DNA of 64,000 nt from Raillietiella orientalis (Eukaryota): positions 2,976,001 through 3,040,000 of the forward strand of contig JAYWIR010000021.1 of NCBI GenBank assembly GCA_036172245.1, in the 5' to 3' direction. Position numbers and translations under genes: made by a program. Under the pieces are notes generated by a model. The model ran no database searches, had not been told where the DNA came from, and saw only the letters and a program-made list of their open reading frames with translations. Numbering within the stretch: the first letter of the stretch is position 1; each line of letters opens with the position of its first letter. Below, one piece after another: positions 24,483 to 38,385 of the stretch.

Positions 24483-27400
24483 TCACTAAAATAAAGAATA
24501 AATTAATAACTTGGCAAAGTAAATAACTGAACTCACAAGGTTCCCAAAAGGATCAAAGTCTAAATTTGAAGACTGTTGCTGAGATACAGACGACACCTGG
24601 AATGGCATCATCACAGTACTTCCAGGCCGTACACTCTGAAAACACAGTTTAAAAAGTCCTTTTGGATTTTTCATACCGAAGTTGGTTGAGTAGGATTGTT
24701 ACTGGGTACTTTGGAACTGCCTCCTCCCATTCCATGAGTAGACCAGTCCACACTATGTGCCCCAGTTAGATTCTGCAACACAAATTATATTGATATCGGA
24801 GTTTGGATGTGCTGCATTAATCACACAGCACTGGCACACACTTACTTACCATTGGACGATACGTGGGTGCGCCCATATTGTTGGCAGGTAGAACTGGATT
24901 CCAAACTAGATTAGAAGGTCTGGAAACATTTGTTCCTGCTGATGGCCATACCATAGGCATTCTACACAAAGATGTACCATCCACATCTCTAGCTACTCAC
25001 TTATTAGCCTGGGAACCAGGAATTAAAGTGAGATTTTCAGTTAAAATGGCAATGCTAGAGTCCAAATCACCAGTAAGCAACTTTTGTGATGGAAGAGGAA
25101 CTGGAGCAGTTACACGTTTGCTGCCACCAGCTTGACTAGAAGCTAAGGGCCTCAGAATGTCACCAAACGCATCAAAACCTTAAGACAAAACAACATGCTG
25201 ACAGAGAGTTACAACTGCTTGTAAATTAATTCATTACAGAAAGAAATGACACATAGAATTCACAAAGCAAAGCTCCACGAGAAAACAACACAACACTGAA
25301 GGTATTTAAGCTACAGCAAAGGACATAAACCAAAAGAAAAATCTGACCACTTGAAGGAACTGAGTCACTTGTCAAAGGGGGAATGCAGCCAGATTGAGAT
25401 GCTGCATCCACATTGCTCAAGTCAAAAAGATCTACTGATCTGCTGGCATCCATGCCATCACCTATCAAGGCATCAATAAGTATGCCAATATATCATATGT
25501 CTGATACAGTCCTTAGAGATTACCTGATTCAACAGAAGGAAGATGATCTGAGGTATCAGAAGCTGATTATGACAGATAATTCCCAGAAATGTAAGTTGTC
25601 TCTCAGCTGTAACTTTTTATTCACTTACCGAACTGCTGAGGAGTCACCCCAAAGTTGATGCCAAAATTGCCATCAGATGCAAATCCTGACTGAGATATGT
25701 TTGCAGGCTTTGGTTGACTTGGGGCAACAGGAAATGATTCTTTGACCAGTGTTGTCTCCCAAATGGTTGTGGGAGCACTACACTGAACATTCCACACATT
25801 AGAATTTGTATTTCCACTGTCCACGAATTCAGCAAAAGGGTTGCTTGCCAATTGTAGCAGATCATCTGATGCATTAGACTGCAAGACAAATATATATTTA
25901 CTGCAAAAAATTCTCACTTTATTTGTAGTATCCAGTGATGGAGCAACGTCCACACTATCAAATAAATCAATGATTTGTTCATTTTGTTGATTTGATTTTG
26001 GAGATAGCGTGGGAGATGAAGCAAGGAAAGGGTTTGTACTGAGTGCCTTCATCTGAAAAGCACTACTAATGTTTCAAAAACTAAAAGACTAACCTTCATT
26101 TGGTTAAGAGCTACTGCTTCTTCAGCAATGGCTTTTTGCTTCATTCTATCATCATCAATATCTGACTGAGGAGCACTAGCTCCTGCTACATAAGAAGTAT
26201 CTCTGTACACAAAATAAACATGGATTTTCATATGAGATATAATGCTATTTACTCTATGGAACCAGGAATATATTTTCTGCCTTCAAGTGATGAAAGATGC
26301 TGTTCCAGAGCTTCTAGCAAGCTATTAGGTGCCTGAAAGAACATGATGATGACACATGTAGAATGGAGGATCACCATGTATCACCTTTGTAAGATCAGGA
26401 GCATCTCCTTTTTCAATACCAACATTCTAAAATAAACATAAGACTAAAACATTCTCTCTTTGAGATTAATCACCTCAGCCACTTTAAGAAACTCAGCTAC
26501 ACGATCCATACGAATTACAAATTTCTTGTAAATATCAAGAGCTTCTCTGCAATTCTTTTTATTCATCTCAAAATATTTTTCTGCAAGGAACAAATTTCTT
26601 TGTCAGCAAATACAAACTGTTACCTAGTAAGTTGATAATGCCATCATTATAACAAGCAAACAGACGAATCAGATCACGGAACAACAACATGAAAGCAGTA
26701 TTAATGACACCATTGGTGAGCTCATTGGCTGTACAGTCAAATTCCAAGAGTGCATCAATCTGACACTGTAGCACTGGCAATGTCTTCAAGAGTTTGTCAG
26801 CATTCATATTGCGCAAAGTACCATCTTCTTTCCTGGACCAGCAAAAATACCCAGGGACTGTAACAGTTGACTCACCCCCTTTTAACTTTACAAAAGTCAA
26901 AAGCAACTGTGCGATAGGACATGGCCTTTTCATTGAGATAATGGGTATACCGGCGGATGTAGGTCGACATGTCATATCCTACACAGATAAGGACATCAAG
27001 GCGAGGTTAATCAAAGACATAGAAACTACGAAATGGAGGGAAGAAAAATGGGTTATTTATGCAATTTATTTAACATGCTGAAGCCTACAGCTCTAAATCT
27101 GCTCTAATCTGTAAACCGATACTTGGATCTGAGAAAAAATTCACACAACTCTCATATTGACATCAGTCATGGCAAAAATAAGTTTAGAGTATAATGAAAA
27201 AACAATATGTATAGTCAACAGTGCTCAATACATAGATTTTGAAAAATGCACATCAGACTCACTCCAAGGTAATGCTTTTTCATATCAAAATGCAGAACTT
27301 GTTTGAATGACAAAGAATGTAACTAAACTACACACCTTTCTCACTTCTACAGTATTATTCTTGGATGAGTCTCTAAATATTTTTGATGATAAACCATACT

Positions 27401-28922
27401 TATTTTGATGTATGTGGCTGCATATACTTCTCTTTATGTTTAACACAAAATAAATAGAAATGATGAATTCAGACTTCAGCATATTTAAGCAATGTGCAAA
27501 ACAATGCATTTACCAAACAATTTAGCTTAGAAACACACATAACCCAAACAATAATTATTACAAGTTCACCTCTAAAATGAAACTAAAAGACTCATCGAAT
27601 CAAAGATCCATTCACAGAATTTACTCATCACTTCATAAAACTAAATAATTAGATTAAGATTATAACTTTATGCTCACCTGATGAACTGCTTTTATCAAGA
27701 AAATTACTTAATTGAAATGAGCAATTACTGGAAGCCAAATACTGCGTAAATCTCTGAAATTTATATTAAAAAGATGTAAGTACACAGTAGTTTAGATACG
27801 TTATATTTGCACATGCACAACCAAGATAAATCAGAAATATAGTATCAATATGAAGTTAAATTATGCAACATAAAGAATAGGTAGCATTCAATAATAAGCA
27901 ACAACCTCATTCCCATAGCACATGAGATGATGAACTGTAATAAGAGCCTTGAAGACTACAACCCAACTACTGTTCTGCGTCCTCTCATAAAGTAGGTTTG
28001 CCAGCTGAGGAATTGAAATGTTGGGTTCATTTGTACAATGAATCAAGTCTAAGAAAGAAATTGATCAATTTTGTGCGTTCATGTAACTCATTTGATTATG
28101 CACACACATAAGCTCACTTTATTGAATCACTTTAATTCAAAAAGGCATGTAAAACAAAAACAAAGTTTTAAAAAATCCTTTTATTTATAGAACTTCTGAG
28201 AAAAGTCTATCTCAAAATTAAAGAAAACATCAAAAAGTAATTCCAAATTTTCAAAAATGAATCAGTTGTCAAGTAGAATATTTTCTCATTCCTTTGTTTG
28301 GATTTTCGACCACATGTTGAAAGATTGGAAAGGAACTGATATCAATCATCATCAGTTGCAATTTTATTGATAAAAAATGTTGTAGCCCATAATGATAACG
28401 GCAATAAACATTAATCTCATTTATTGAAGTTGATACAATATGATAAACAAAGAGAAAAAGAAAAACTTGCGCTACGAAAAATCAATGAAGACTTGCAAAA
28501 AAGCAAAAGTGTGTAATTTCTGGTAAAAGTAAACATTTTTCTTTAGAAAACAATAATTTTTCTGGCAAAACGAACAAAATCCTATCATGGCAACTTGAAA
28601 ACCACTGCTATTAAGCAGATGTTTTTCGTGAGTGAATGTTTGCCAAAACATTTGCTTTCTAATTTTTGGGTTAAAAACCAGTGGCAGAATGAATAAACAT
28701 CCACTGCTGTTGATCATTCTCTAAAAGAATGATCTATGCAGTTTTATAATCACATCCAGAGGCAATACATTGGTTAGAGCGAGTCAACTTACAATCCAAA
28801 TGCTTTTTCTTAGGGCCAATCACTTCCTCAGTTGTAGCTTTGCAAACAGATTTGGCTAATCCTTGTCCAGCAATGCTTAGCTTGGCAGCAGTTAACCTAT
28901 CTGTAATTGTTTGACCAGCCAT
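24483..28922 (-). CDS. PICALM: Phosphatidylinositol-binding clathrin assembly protein (PICALM/AP180/LAP), multi-exon
   Basis: ANTH domain: [14 protein letters not shown]...[16 protein letters not shown] (28922-28793); YLIHCTNEP...MCYGNE (28048-27906); RFTQYLAS (27753-27678); [45 protein letters not shown]. The disordered tail has NPF, DLF and FDAF motifs and [10 protein letters not shown], and ends DPFGNL. A 51-nt intron (24536-24486) then delivers TGA at 24485-24483. Some small tail exons are less certain. Confidence 0.95.
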
Positions 28923-28930
28923 CACATTAT

Positions 28931-28990
28931 TCAAATGAAATATATGGTTTTCTCGAAATTTACGGGTACATGCGAAACGAGAATCTTCAT
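28931..28990 (-). other. Upstream [22 protein letters not shown] in the putative PICALM 5' leader
   Basis: ATG at 28990 (A at -3) lies just after a TTTTTAG acceptor-like site (~28996). 19 codons, TGA at 28933-28931, out of frame with the main ATG at 28922. Confidence 0.55.
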
Positions 28991-31900
28991 GATGTCTAAA
29001 AATACACTCATTTGTGTTTCTATTTAGATAAAACTAATCAAATCTCTAAAAACGAAGCCTTTCGTTATGTATAACAATCAAAAACTACAGAATAACAGTT
29101 TCTTGACGAATGGAAAGTACATACTTAATGTGAGATATTTACGATATATGAAAACGATACATACATGCATTTAAAAAGGTAAAGTACCTAATACTGAGCC
29201 GAAATGCTTATAATAGACGTAATAGCACTCAGTATTATTAGTTTGATATAGTACGTAATCTATTTCAATTCCCACAATGCATCCCTTATGGCCTTCCAGA
29301 GCATATATTATCATTACATGAACACAAAAAATGCACATTCGTAACCGCAAAACATCGTCCTGGACAAATGTACCAGATGCCACAATGAAGGAAAATCCTA
29401 TACAAGGATGTTTTCAAACGGAAAGACGGTTAGAACTCATATGTCCCCAGTTTCCTGTCAAAAGAACTTAAAGCACACATGCAAAACGAAATGCACATAC
29501 TAGTTCCATACGGTTTCAGCCAGCACTATTTGGATTTACTCCCACCTATCAAATGATCGGCAGTGTTCCTACAGCATACATCACTCTCTAATAGAAAACA
29601 GATTTCTACCCTACGAATAAAGTGGAGGACAATCCAAATGCAAAGAAAAAAACCTTTAATCCTAAAAAATGAACTTCAGGTTTTTCAAACTGTTTGAAAT
29701 TGATTCTCCAGTTGATTTTAAAAAGCCGATTTAAAGACTGATTGGGCTATTACGATCGAAACTGGAAATCTTGAATGAATCTCAAGATAGCATTCATTAT
29801 AATAAAATAAATGATGAAAAAATAAGCTTATAGTTGAGATTTTTTAATAAGCTCTAAGCACTAAATAAAGAAGGCGAACTGTGAAATGGTAAAAGAAAAG
29901 GCTCCGAACATAATTAGTCACCTAAAATAATACCAATTAAAATAAGTTCTAATTACATAAAAATACACTTAGGTTCATACTTAATGAGTGATCCATAGAT
30001 GATATAAGGAGATGGAAGATAAGAATACTTGTTTTCAGCAGCCAAAGCTTGAATTCGAGCAACATATTTTCGATAGAAGGAAGGAACTGTGAATAAAATG
30101 TGAACATTGTTGGAATTGTGATTTTTGCATTAACAGCATTGAAGAAAAATGGGATTAGACTGTGGAAGGAACCAGATTTTTCCAGCAATGGTTTTGCACA
30201 TAAGCTCGTATATACTGGCCTTCAAACAATAATTTTTGATTGTGAAAATTCATTGACTCTGTGGATTTTTTTCAACCATTTTATCAGATTTGAAAAGGTT
30301 CGAGATCTTTCATTGAGAATTTAATTTTTCATGCCACTTAATTGCATTTTAACCAACTGGAAGACTCTTGGTTTAGTCTTTGAAAGTTTTAGAAAGACTT
30401 TGAAGTTATTGCCATGTGAGGAGCTTCGGAGTTATACTTGAGTGAATTTATTGCATAAGACGCTTGATTCTGTTCACTGATCTGATGCATTAAATGGTGG
30501 CAATTAATTCGTGCAACTTCATCACAGGAAATATGATAATGAGATGACTGTAAATTCATTAAACCCATTCTCAAGGCACATTACACGTAAACTAAACTGG
30601 AGGTAGTGACAAGGCAACTAGGAAACTCTCTAATGAAAATTTGCATCCAGAAAAAAGAGACAAAACTAAATGGTATCCGATTGGCAGGATGGTATGATTT
30701 AAAGTGGGGAGCTTATAAAAAAATTCAACTCTTCTAATGAATCTTGAGAATTTGACTTTAAAGCAATGCACCAGTTGAGCATGCGTTCCTCAAAACTCAA
30801 GGATTGCATTAGTCTACGTTAAACAACTGCAGAAAATAGGGACTGCATTTTTAGAAGTCAAGGACAGTGATTAAACAAGTTCGTGCAAATCTGATGTTAA
30901 AAACATGAAAACGAAATACAAAATGCTTCATATTGAAATGGAACCTGAGCTTTATTCCGCTGCATTCATTTTGTAAGGATCGAAGTGAACATCCAACAAA
31001 CACAAATTGAAATATTTCCGTTTTTCCAAGCTGGAATAAGCTTTTTCCAGACTGAACAGTTATTTGTTATACGGTACTAAGCTAAGTGAAGTGCATTATA
31101 TTTTCGGAAAGATGGAACACGTGATCAAGAAAAATATCCCTTTTTATTTTATTTTTTGTCATGAAGCTTGTTAAACTTCTAAACCAAAGCATATCATCTT
31201 GGGAACAAAGCGGCAATGTTACAGAGGAACCCCATTAAGCAACAACCTACGCTAACTGAAGTAAATAATTGAACTGAGTAAATAAACAAGTGTTAACTGA
31301 ACTCGAAATTTTCTGCATGTTCCAAAACCGAAGCATGAAACTGGAGATACAAACAGTGCACGCTCATAGCTCAGGAGCCTGATTGCAAAAGTCCTGAAAA
31401 GCACTTGTGCAGGACGGAAACATAATAATTATTAATAGTGATTAATAAATACTTTCGGACGCAATTCTGAACTTGGGCCAAGTCATCTCATTGTTCCAGC
31501 ATTTGATAGTCACTGGGCAGAAATGTGATGAAGTGAGTAACTTTCAGAATGTACTGTTCAGCAGAGAAAATATATGATGTGTATGATTCTTGAACGTGGA
31601 TCATAAAATGTGATTTTCTCCCGTACTAAGAATAATTCATCAAGTTTGCCAAGTGTCTGAGGCGATGTCTGGACAGCGTCAAATTTTCGTGAAGTTCAGG
31701 AACTGACCGACTATGATGATGATGAGGCAATTAGTCACCAAAATATCGAATATTTTTTTTGATTATTTGCTCACTACTGTCATTTGAATGCTTATATGAG
31801 AATATGCATAATGTTTGGAAAGGCAGTGTTGATTTGAATTCACCTTAAATACTCAATAATGTTTCCGATCAAGACTAATGGGAATTATACTTTCTTAAAG

Positions 31901-32962
31901 ACGAATGAATAGAGAAATGCAAATCATATAATTTGTAGCAAAAAAAAAAACAGTATCAAAAGTATATAACTAGCGTGAACCTGAGAAATTGGCTTACTCG
32001 AGGAAAATTAATAAAGAAATTTGGGTGGTGGCAACGAGAGATGCAGGATTTCATGAAGAAAAACAAATCAACAGAAAAAAACAAAAGAGTGTGGGCAACC
32101 ATTTTTTTCGAAGAAATACATTATTGTGCTAAATTCTGCAGAATTTCCTAGATGAGTGGGCAAAAAGCAAACTATAAGCAGCCATCAGCATTCTTAAGAT
32201 TTCTCATTATTCTAAATTTTTGACTATTTCATGGATCACCACAGAAATCGTAGCGCTCACAATAAATAAAATTATAAAATTGATTATAAAATTTTATCTT
32301 CAATTCAGCATATCTGTATTGTTTTAAAGAATGCGTTCTGGAGGCAATAAGTTTATTAGGATACTAAGTTGCTATTGATTTCGTATGTTTACTGAACCTA
32401 AATATGTTAGACTATGAAGCCTGATTATCGTTGTTGTTCACAAGCAGCTTGCTCCACCAAAATTGCCTGTGCACTGAAAACTTCAAGACTTCAAACTCGC
32501 CGGCCATTTTTCAGTGTTCAATCAGATCTTCGAGAACTTACTTTTGGGGGGTAGCCTGCATTTGGTATGCGCTTTTGAAATATGTTTGGAAATGTGGCTT
32601 CCAATTTCAGACGTGTCTCTAGATTACGGAACTCGAAATTCTAACCTCTTGGAACATATGCAGGAATTAGCCTCAATACTGTTCCTGTTCCATCGAAGCA
32701 CATCACCACTGTTTATTCAAAGACTTTTCGAAATGCATATGGAACACACCTTTTTAAGGTCATAAGAATGAGTAGACACCGGTGAAAGTACCCCTTCCCT
32801 ACCATTCTCGATACTACCATACAAAGAAGGAGAAATTCTTTCCAACTAGAAAGGATTACAAGAAACCACTTCGATCGTTTTCTCACGACACCCTCAGGAA
32901 CCTAATGCAGAGCTTCCTGATCCTAGTTAGCCCGCCTCCGCAATCTTCATCTCATGCTGCAT

Positions 32963-34410
32963 CTCATGACGCGTCAGGATGCTGGCTTGGGCATCCTCGA
33001 CATGAACAGCAGCTGCAGGTGCAGTTTCGTATGCTGAGGCTCTGTGCCAAGCTCTGGTGTACGCCGTGGTGCTTACCCGCGCGCCTTCTACTTCGGCTCT
33101 GCACGGACAGCGAAGGACTTTCGTTGCTCCCCCACTTTCAGCACACCAGGAAAGGGTTTGGCTTCCCGCTGAGGCAGCTGTCCTCGCTGCTGGAAGCCCA
33201 AAGTTGGATCTCCCGCCGCCCCATGAACATTAATGCATGGCGGCAGGAATCTTTTGCATCGTGGGCCGCTTCCGACGGAATGCGCCCGGAAAATCTTCGA
33301 CGCCTGCGACTTCTCTTGAGTCATCCCCTGGAGGAAGCCATGCAGGACAGGAAGAATTCGGATCCTCTGGCCGCCACACCCTTCGCCGCAGAGCTGTCTG
33401 CCCTTAGGGCAAGCCATGACAGTTGCCAACCGGCGGAATGGGAGTTCCCCTGCACAATTGCAGAAGTGTCCAAGCTCGTTGGCGGCTGGACGACAAAGGA
33501 GATGGTGCAAGCCGCCACTCCTCGGATCGGGCGAAAGGCCTGTTTCGGTGGAGAGAACATTTAAGTGTGCCCCCCCGAAAAGATAGTGGTTCCCCCCGTT
33601 TGTTTGGACAGCTCCGTGTTCCCCTTGAAATGGAAACATGATGTTCTGCTGTCTTCACACTGGGGTCTCCATTGTAATCGGCGGCGAAGCATCGTTTTCG
33701 GCGGAGCTGTCTCGCCAAGCTGTTCGATGTGCGAAGAGATCGAGTCTTTTCCGCACCTCTTTCTGGACTGCGGTGACCTCCGTGAACTGTGGCGAAGGCT
33801 GATTTCAGCCATCATGACTCAGGGAGGCACTGCTATGGACGTCTTACGACGCTTCTTTAGCGCAAACGGACTTTCGGTAGGTGTGATCGCCGCAACCATG
33901 TGTTGCATTCGCGCCATCGTCAAGGCCCGCTACGCCCTGATGTCAGCGCAGCGAAGGGAGGTCCACCTGCTTGCAGCTGAATCCATGGAGGAGGCTGCAA
34001 AGTGGTCTCACCTTCATGACGAAGGAGGATATCTCCGGCATCCATCGCCGGTACACTGACGTGTAAGAACGGCGTACTCCAGTGACCCTTGTAACCCCTC
34101 GCCCACCCATGTCCGATCCCCGTTCGCTCCGTTGAATTCCCGGTGCTAATGTTTGTATCCTGGTGCTGTCCGGAGCGATTTCAAAGACCCTTTTCCGCTC
34201 CCACCCCACGTTATGTTTTTCTTGTTTTTTTTTTCTTGTTTGTTTCCTCTGATCCCTAACACCGTTCCGAACTCTGTTATCCTGGCCTGCGGTCCAGGGA
34301 AAATTCTCTTGTCGAGTCGTCGGTTGGGAATTTGGTTCCCAACTGGTTTATTTTGCATAATTTTGTATAATCTTATATTTAATAAACGCCCCGAAGTGAC
34401 CGGGTGAGAA
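32963..34410 (+). mobile_element. 5'-truncated non-LTR retrotransposon (L1/Tx1-like ORF2 C-terminus with zf-RVT) flanked by a 14-bp TSD
   Basis: GC-rich island in AT-rich DNA. RQDAGLGILDM resembles the post-RT GGLGLPD motif. CCHC zinc knuckle CSMCEEIESFPHLFLDC...W in 33565-34059. One frameshift (~33003) and one in-frame stop (33562-33564). T-rich 3' UTR with AATAAA at 34381. Direct repeat ATCTCATGCTGCAT at 32949-32962 and 34411-34424. Confidence 0.88.
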
Positions 34411-35704
34411 ATCTCATGCTGCATTCAGTGACCTGAAGTATATCTTGCGGGAAAACTATTTACTTCAATGCGTGAATCAAATACTGCATTGGGAAGCTAA
34501 AGGAAAGCATGGCTTGTGACATTACTTTTGTAGAAACCTTTAGCTAGTGTTGTTAAATTGTTATACTTATTGAGAATGAAATATTGATCATTCACTTGAA
34601 AACTTCAACAGGCTTCGAAATAACCAGTGATTCTACCACTTCGTTAAAAATCTATCAATAATTTTGCTTGATATGATTTCACTACCGTCCACATGAATCC
34701 TAGTAAACTTCCTTGCATGTTCGTGTTTCCATTGTGAAAGAAGAAACTCATATTCTGGCAGCTCGAGTTAGTTTAAGATGAAGTGCTGATCACTTACAAT
34801 AAATGACTGCATTACAGATTTCATCACAAATACTTTTAAATAGGAGGGAGAGATTCGTTACAAAATAAATGTTTTGACTGTAAACAGTATACACTGCCTA
34901 TGTCCAAATAACTTCCTTTTTCATTGTTAATTTAGTGGTGCAATTTATGAACATCCCACTCTGATCCTTTTTTCACACGTTACGTTTCGAATTTCTTCCT
35001 TTTTTAAATCCGACAGCAGTACCATACAATTATCTTCAGAAAATAGTCAGTTAAAATCAAAATAGTCAGTTTTACAGTATCACATTCAATAGAAGAACAA
35101 ATAGAAATAAAAGGCAATCAGGAAGAAGGACAAATTTTTTTTTTGACTGATCTCAAAGTTTTCTTTCTTGGTTCAATGTTTTTTTCTTTCAATGTTTCAA
35201 TTCTAGTGCCCTAAAACAACTGTCATCCGTAACCATTGCTGAGCCTTTAGGATACCAAGTCAGAATATTAAAAATGTTGCAAGTACCATATTATCACTTT
35301 TTAGTATATTATATTATGTTGCCATGTTACATTAATAAATTCTGTCACATTAGGGGATGAACGGCACATTTGCTATGCATCTTGCAGGTCACAATGCTCT
35401 GTTTGTAGATGACATAAACCACACAACAAACCTCTTTGCCACACTGATGTAGCCGGAAAAATTCCGTGAGATAATGTGAGGTACACGTTTTATGACTCAA
35501 ACAAATTTTGTTTGTCACAACGGATTCATGGATTCATTTCTGATTCATTGATTAAGGTTGAAATTCACCGGTTGTCTGGTTTCATATTCAAAAAGCAATC
35601 AGATTTCACACAAAAAAAATATAATTTGTGATACTGATCAAATAAAAGCATTGATTTCTTCACTTGCTCAAAATGTGTACTTATAACAAATGGAAAGTAT
35701 ATGT

Positions 35705-35739
35705 TGCTCACGAATACCGTATCAAGGTATTCGTGAGCA
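35705..35739. repeat. Perfect 14-bp inverted repeat (hairpin, 7-nt loop)
   Basis: TGCTCACGAATACC (35705-35718) / GGTATTCGTGAGCA (35726-35739). Confidence 0.85.
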
Positions 35740-38133
35740 TATCATTGAGCATATCTTTCATTTTCAATGATGTATTAATGTTGGAACCAATATATGAACT
35801 TGAATAAAATGAGAATGTGAGGCAAAACTAAGGCAAACTTACGCAATAGGAATTTCGGTAATGGTTTGTTCTGAAATTTTGGCTCAATATTACAGCACTA
35901 TCAGAAGAACAGAAAGTAACAGATTTGAGAAGTAAATGATTTAAAACTCAAGTGACAGTGTTTTTACCATGTACATTGATTGAGCAAATATTTCCATTTA
36001 AAGACTGTGAGGCATATCAGCTTAATCAGTGCACTGATAAAGAAGAAAATCTTCTCTTTTGTAGCTAGAGAATATCGATTCCATCTTTTATTCTTCCTTT
36101 TCAGAGAGTTATACTTAAATACCGGTTCTCCACCAAGTATTTTTTTGGATGTTATTTGAACACATCTATGAGAGAACGATATTGTCGAGAACTAAACAGC
36201 ACTTAAAAGTAAGCGATTAGAAAATAGAATTGTTTGCTTATTTAAAATTGCAACTTGTAAGTTACGAAAAACGCATCAAAAATACGAGAGAATAATGAAT
36301 CATAAAAAAATATTATGTAATCATATGTTGATTCATTATGCTTACCAAGAATACTTTCAGAGCATAAAATATTCATATTCAGATGTATTATACACAACTG
36401 ATTTCATATCTGGAACGAGATGGCATGATATTTTGAATTGTAATTGTTAAATGCCATGCTGACTTATATTTCGGTTGACATATCTTTTTGGATCACGTTC
36501 TTGCACAGTAGACAATGCTTTTGCCCTTGATTTTTGAGTCATATAAGTTCATCATAGTTTGAAATTTAATGAGAACTACTGATTATGCCGTATGGAATTC
36601 ACTATCATTCCTAAAATTTTTTCTTATAAAAATCCCTCTTTGGTTTGTGGGATATGTGAAGATGAAAGTTCGATAGCATTGATGACATTCTCCTGAATTC
36701 TGGGCATCAGACTATCAAATAATGTACTTAGTACTTAGTTTTATTAAGTTATTCCATTATTGCTTCATTAGAACGGGAAGAAATGCTTTCTAGTGATATT
36801 GTCATAAATGAGTGCATTGCCGTCACTTTGCAATGACAACACTAAGCAGCGTATGTTTTTGTATAATGTTCCCTGATCCTACAGAAAAACTGAAATCCCT
36901 CAATCCTTTAAGAACTAATGGCAGATTTGAATTGAGCTAATTTTAGAGTGGACTCATTTAATATCGAAACAATATTTTTTTTTTATTCCAATGACTTTAA
37001 GACTTTTGAAATAATTTTTTTTAATATTGTTATAAAGAAAACTTTTTAGTTCTCTTCATCGAAGCATTATCAGAAGCTATTTTTAAATAATGCAGCTTTT
37101 CAACTTCTGGACTACTTAGCTTAGTTTAGAGTAAGCAAAAAACTACGAATGACTCGAGTCCTCAAGCTTTCCGGGTCTAAAAAAAGAATTTTTTGAAAAA
37201 TGACAACTCTCTCAGATAAAAAAAATTGGTTGGTATATGCTACGGGAAAATTTTATCTTTATATTTTGTATTCTGAATCCAACTTCTCTTAGATCTATCT
37301 TTAACTGGCATTCAAACAAATTTTTGCTGAGTTCCTTATAATATCCTTACTTTACAATTTAATTTTACTCAACATTTTACTAATTAAAACATTATGTCAC
37401 TTAAATCATTTTTAATTACATTCCATTTACATAATATTTTAAAAATTAATATTAACTTAGTATCAAAACCTTATAATAAGCCCATAACCTATAGTTATCA
37501 TCTTACATTTACAAAAAAACAAGCTTATCTCTGATTCATGATTCATTAATAATTAGAAATATTAATTTGTTGGTATATCACCTCCAAATAAAATTTAACC
37601 ATATTTTGTTGTTATGTAGTATTGAAAATTGTTTTTTTGTATGAGTTTTTGAATTGCATAGAAGAATAGAGATAATAGGCGTATTAATGAAATGCGATTA
37701 TTTTAAAGGAAATTCAATTCACGAATCTAATAAGCAACTATATGAAGAAAACTTCTAATTTCACCTCAGCTGGATGAAACTCAAATTTGTTTTCGATTTA
37801 ATATTCGATTGGTGAATTGTTTTGATGGCTATTCTGATTTGGGAAATGTAATCCACGTACTTTAGTTGGAATTTAAACTGGACTAACTGTAAGCATCTAC
37901 TACGTTCTGAGGATTCAAAAAAACAGAATGAATTCTTAATATTTAGAAATATATGTAACTTGCGTGGTTTAGTTCTTTCAAATTCATTCGAAAAGTAATT
38001 TAAGTTACTTTTGAAACCAAGAGTTCATCCTTGTTAATACTGAAGTAATTGAAATGCTGTATCCTGAGCATATCTATGAAAAGTGTCCCGTTTATCATTT
38101 CATGATTGCTTTTGTTTTAGCTGAGTCGTTGCA

Positions 38134-38385
38134 ATGGATCATCATATAAATATAGAAAGCATGATGCGATACACTTCACCAGTTAATCCAACTGTGTATT
38201 CTCATCTGTCAGTGTTGTTAATAGGAATTGGTGTCTTTTTTATGGCCTGGTTTTTTGTGTACGAAGTGACGTCGACAAAATACAGCAGACGCATTTTTAA
38301 AGAACTGTCAATATCTTTAGCTGCGTCATTATTTTTAGGAGTAGGTATCTTGTTCCTGTTGTTATGGGTAGGCATTTATGTCTGA
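38134..38385 (+). CDS. TMEM258: Transmembrane protein 258 (oligosaccharyltransferase subunit OST5), 83 aa, single coding exon
   Basis: [21 protein letters not shown] and [11 protein letters not shown] closely match TMEM258. An in-frame TGA upstream fixes the ATG. Acceptor-like TTTTAG ends at 38120. Confidence 0.96.
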   Translation: MDHHINIESMMRYTSPVNPTVYSHLSVLLIGIGVFFMAWFFVYEVTSTKYSRRIFKELSISLAASLFLGVGILFLLLWVGIYV

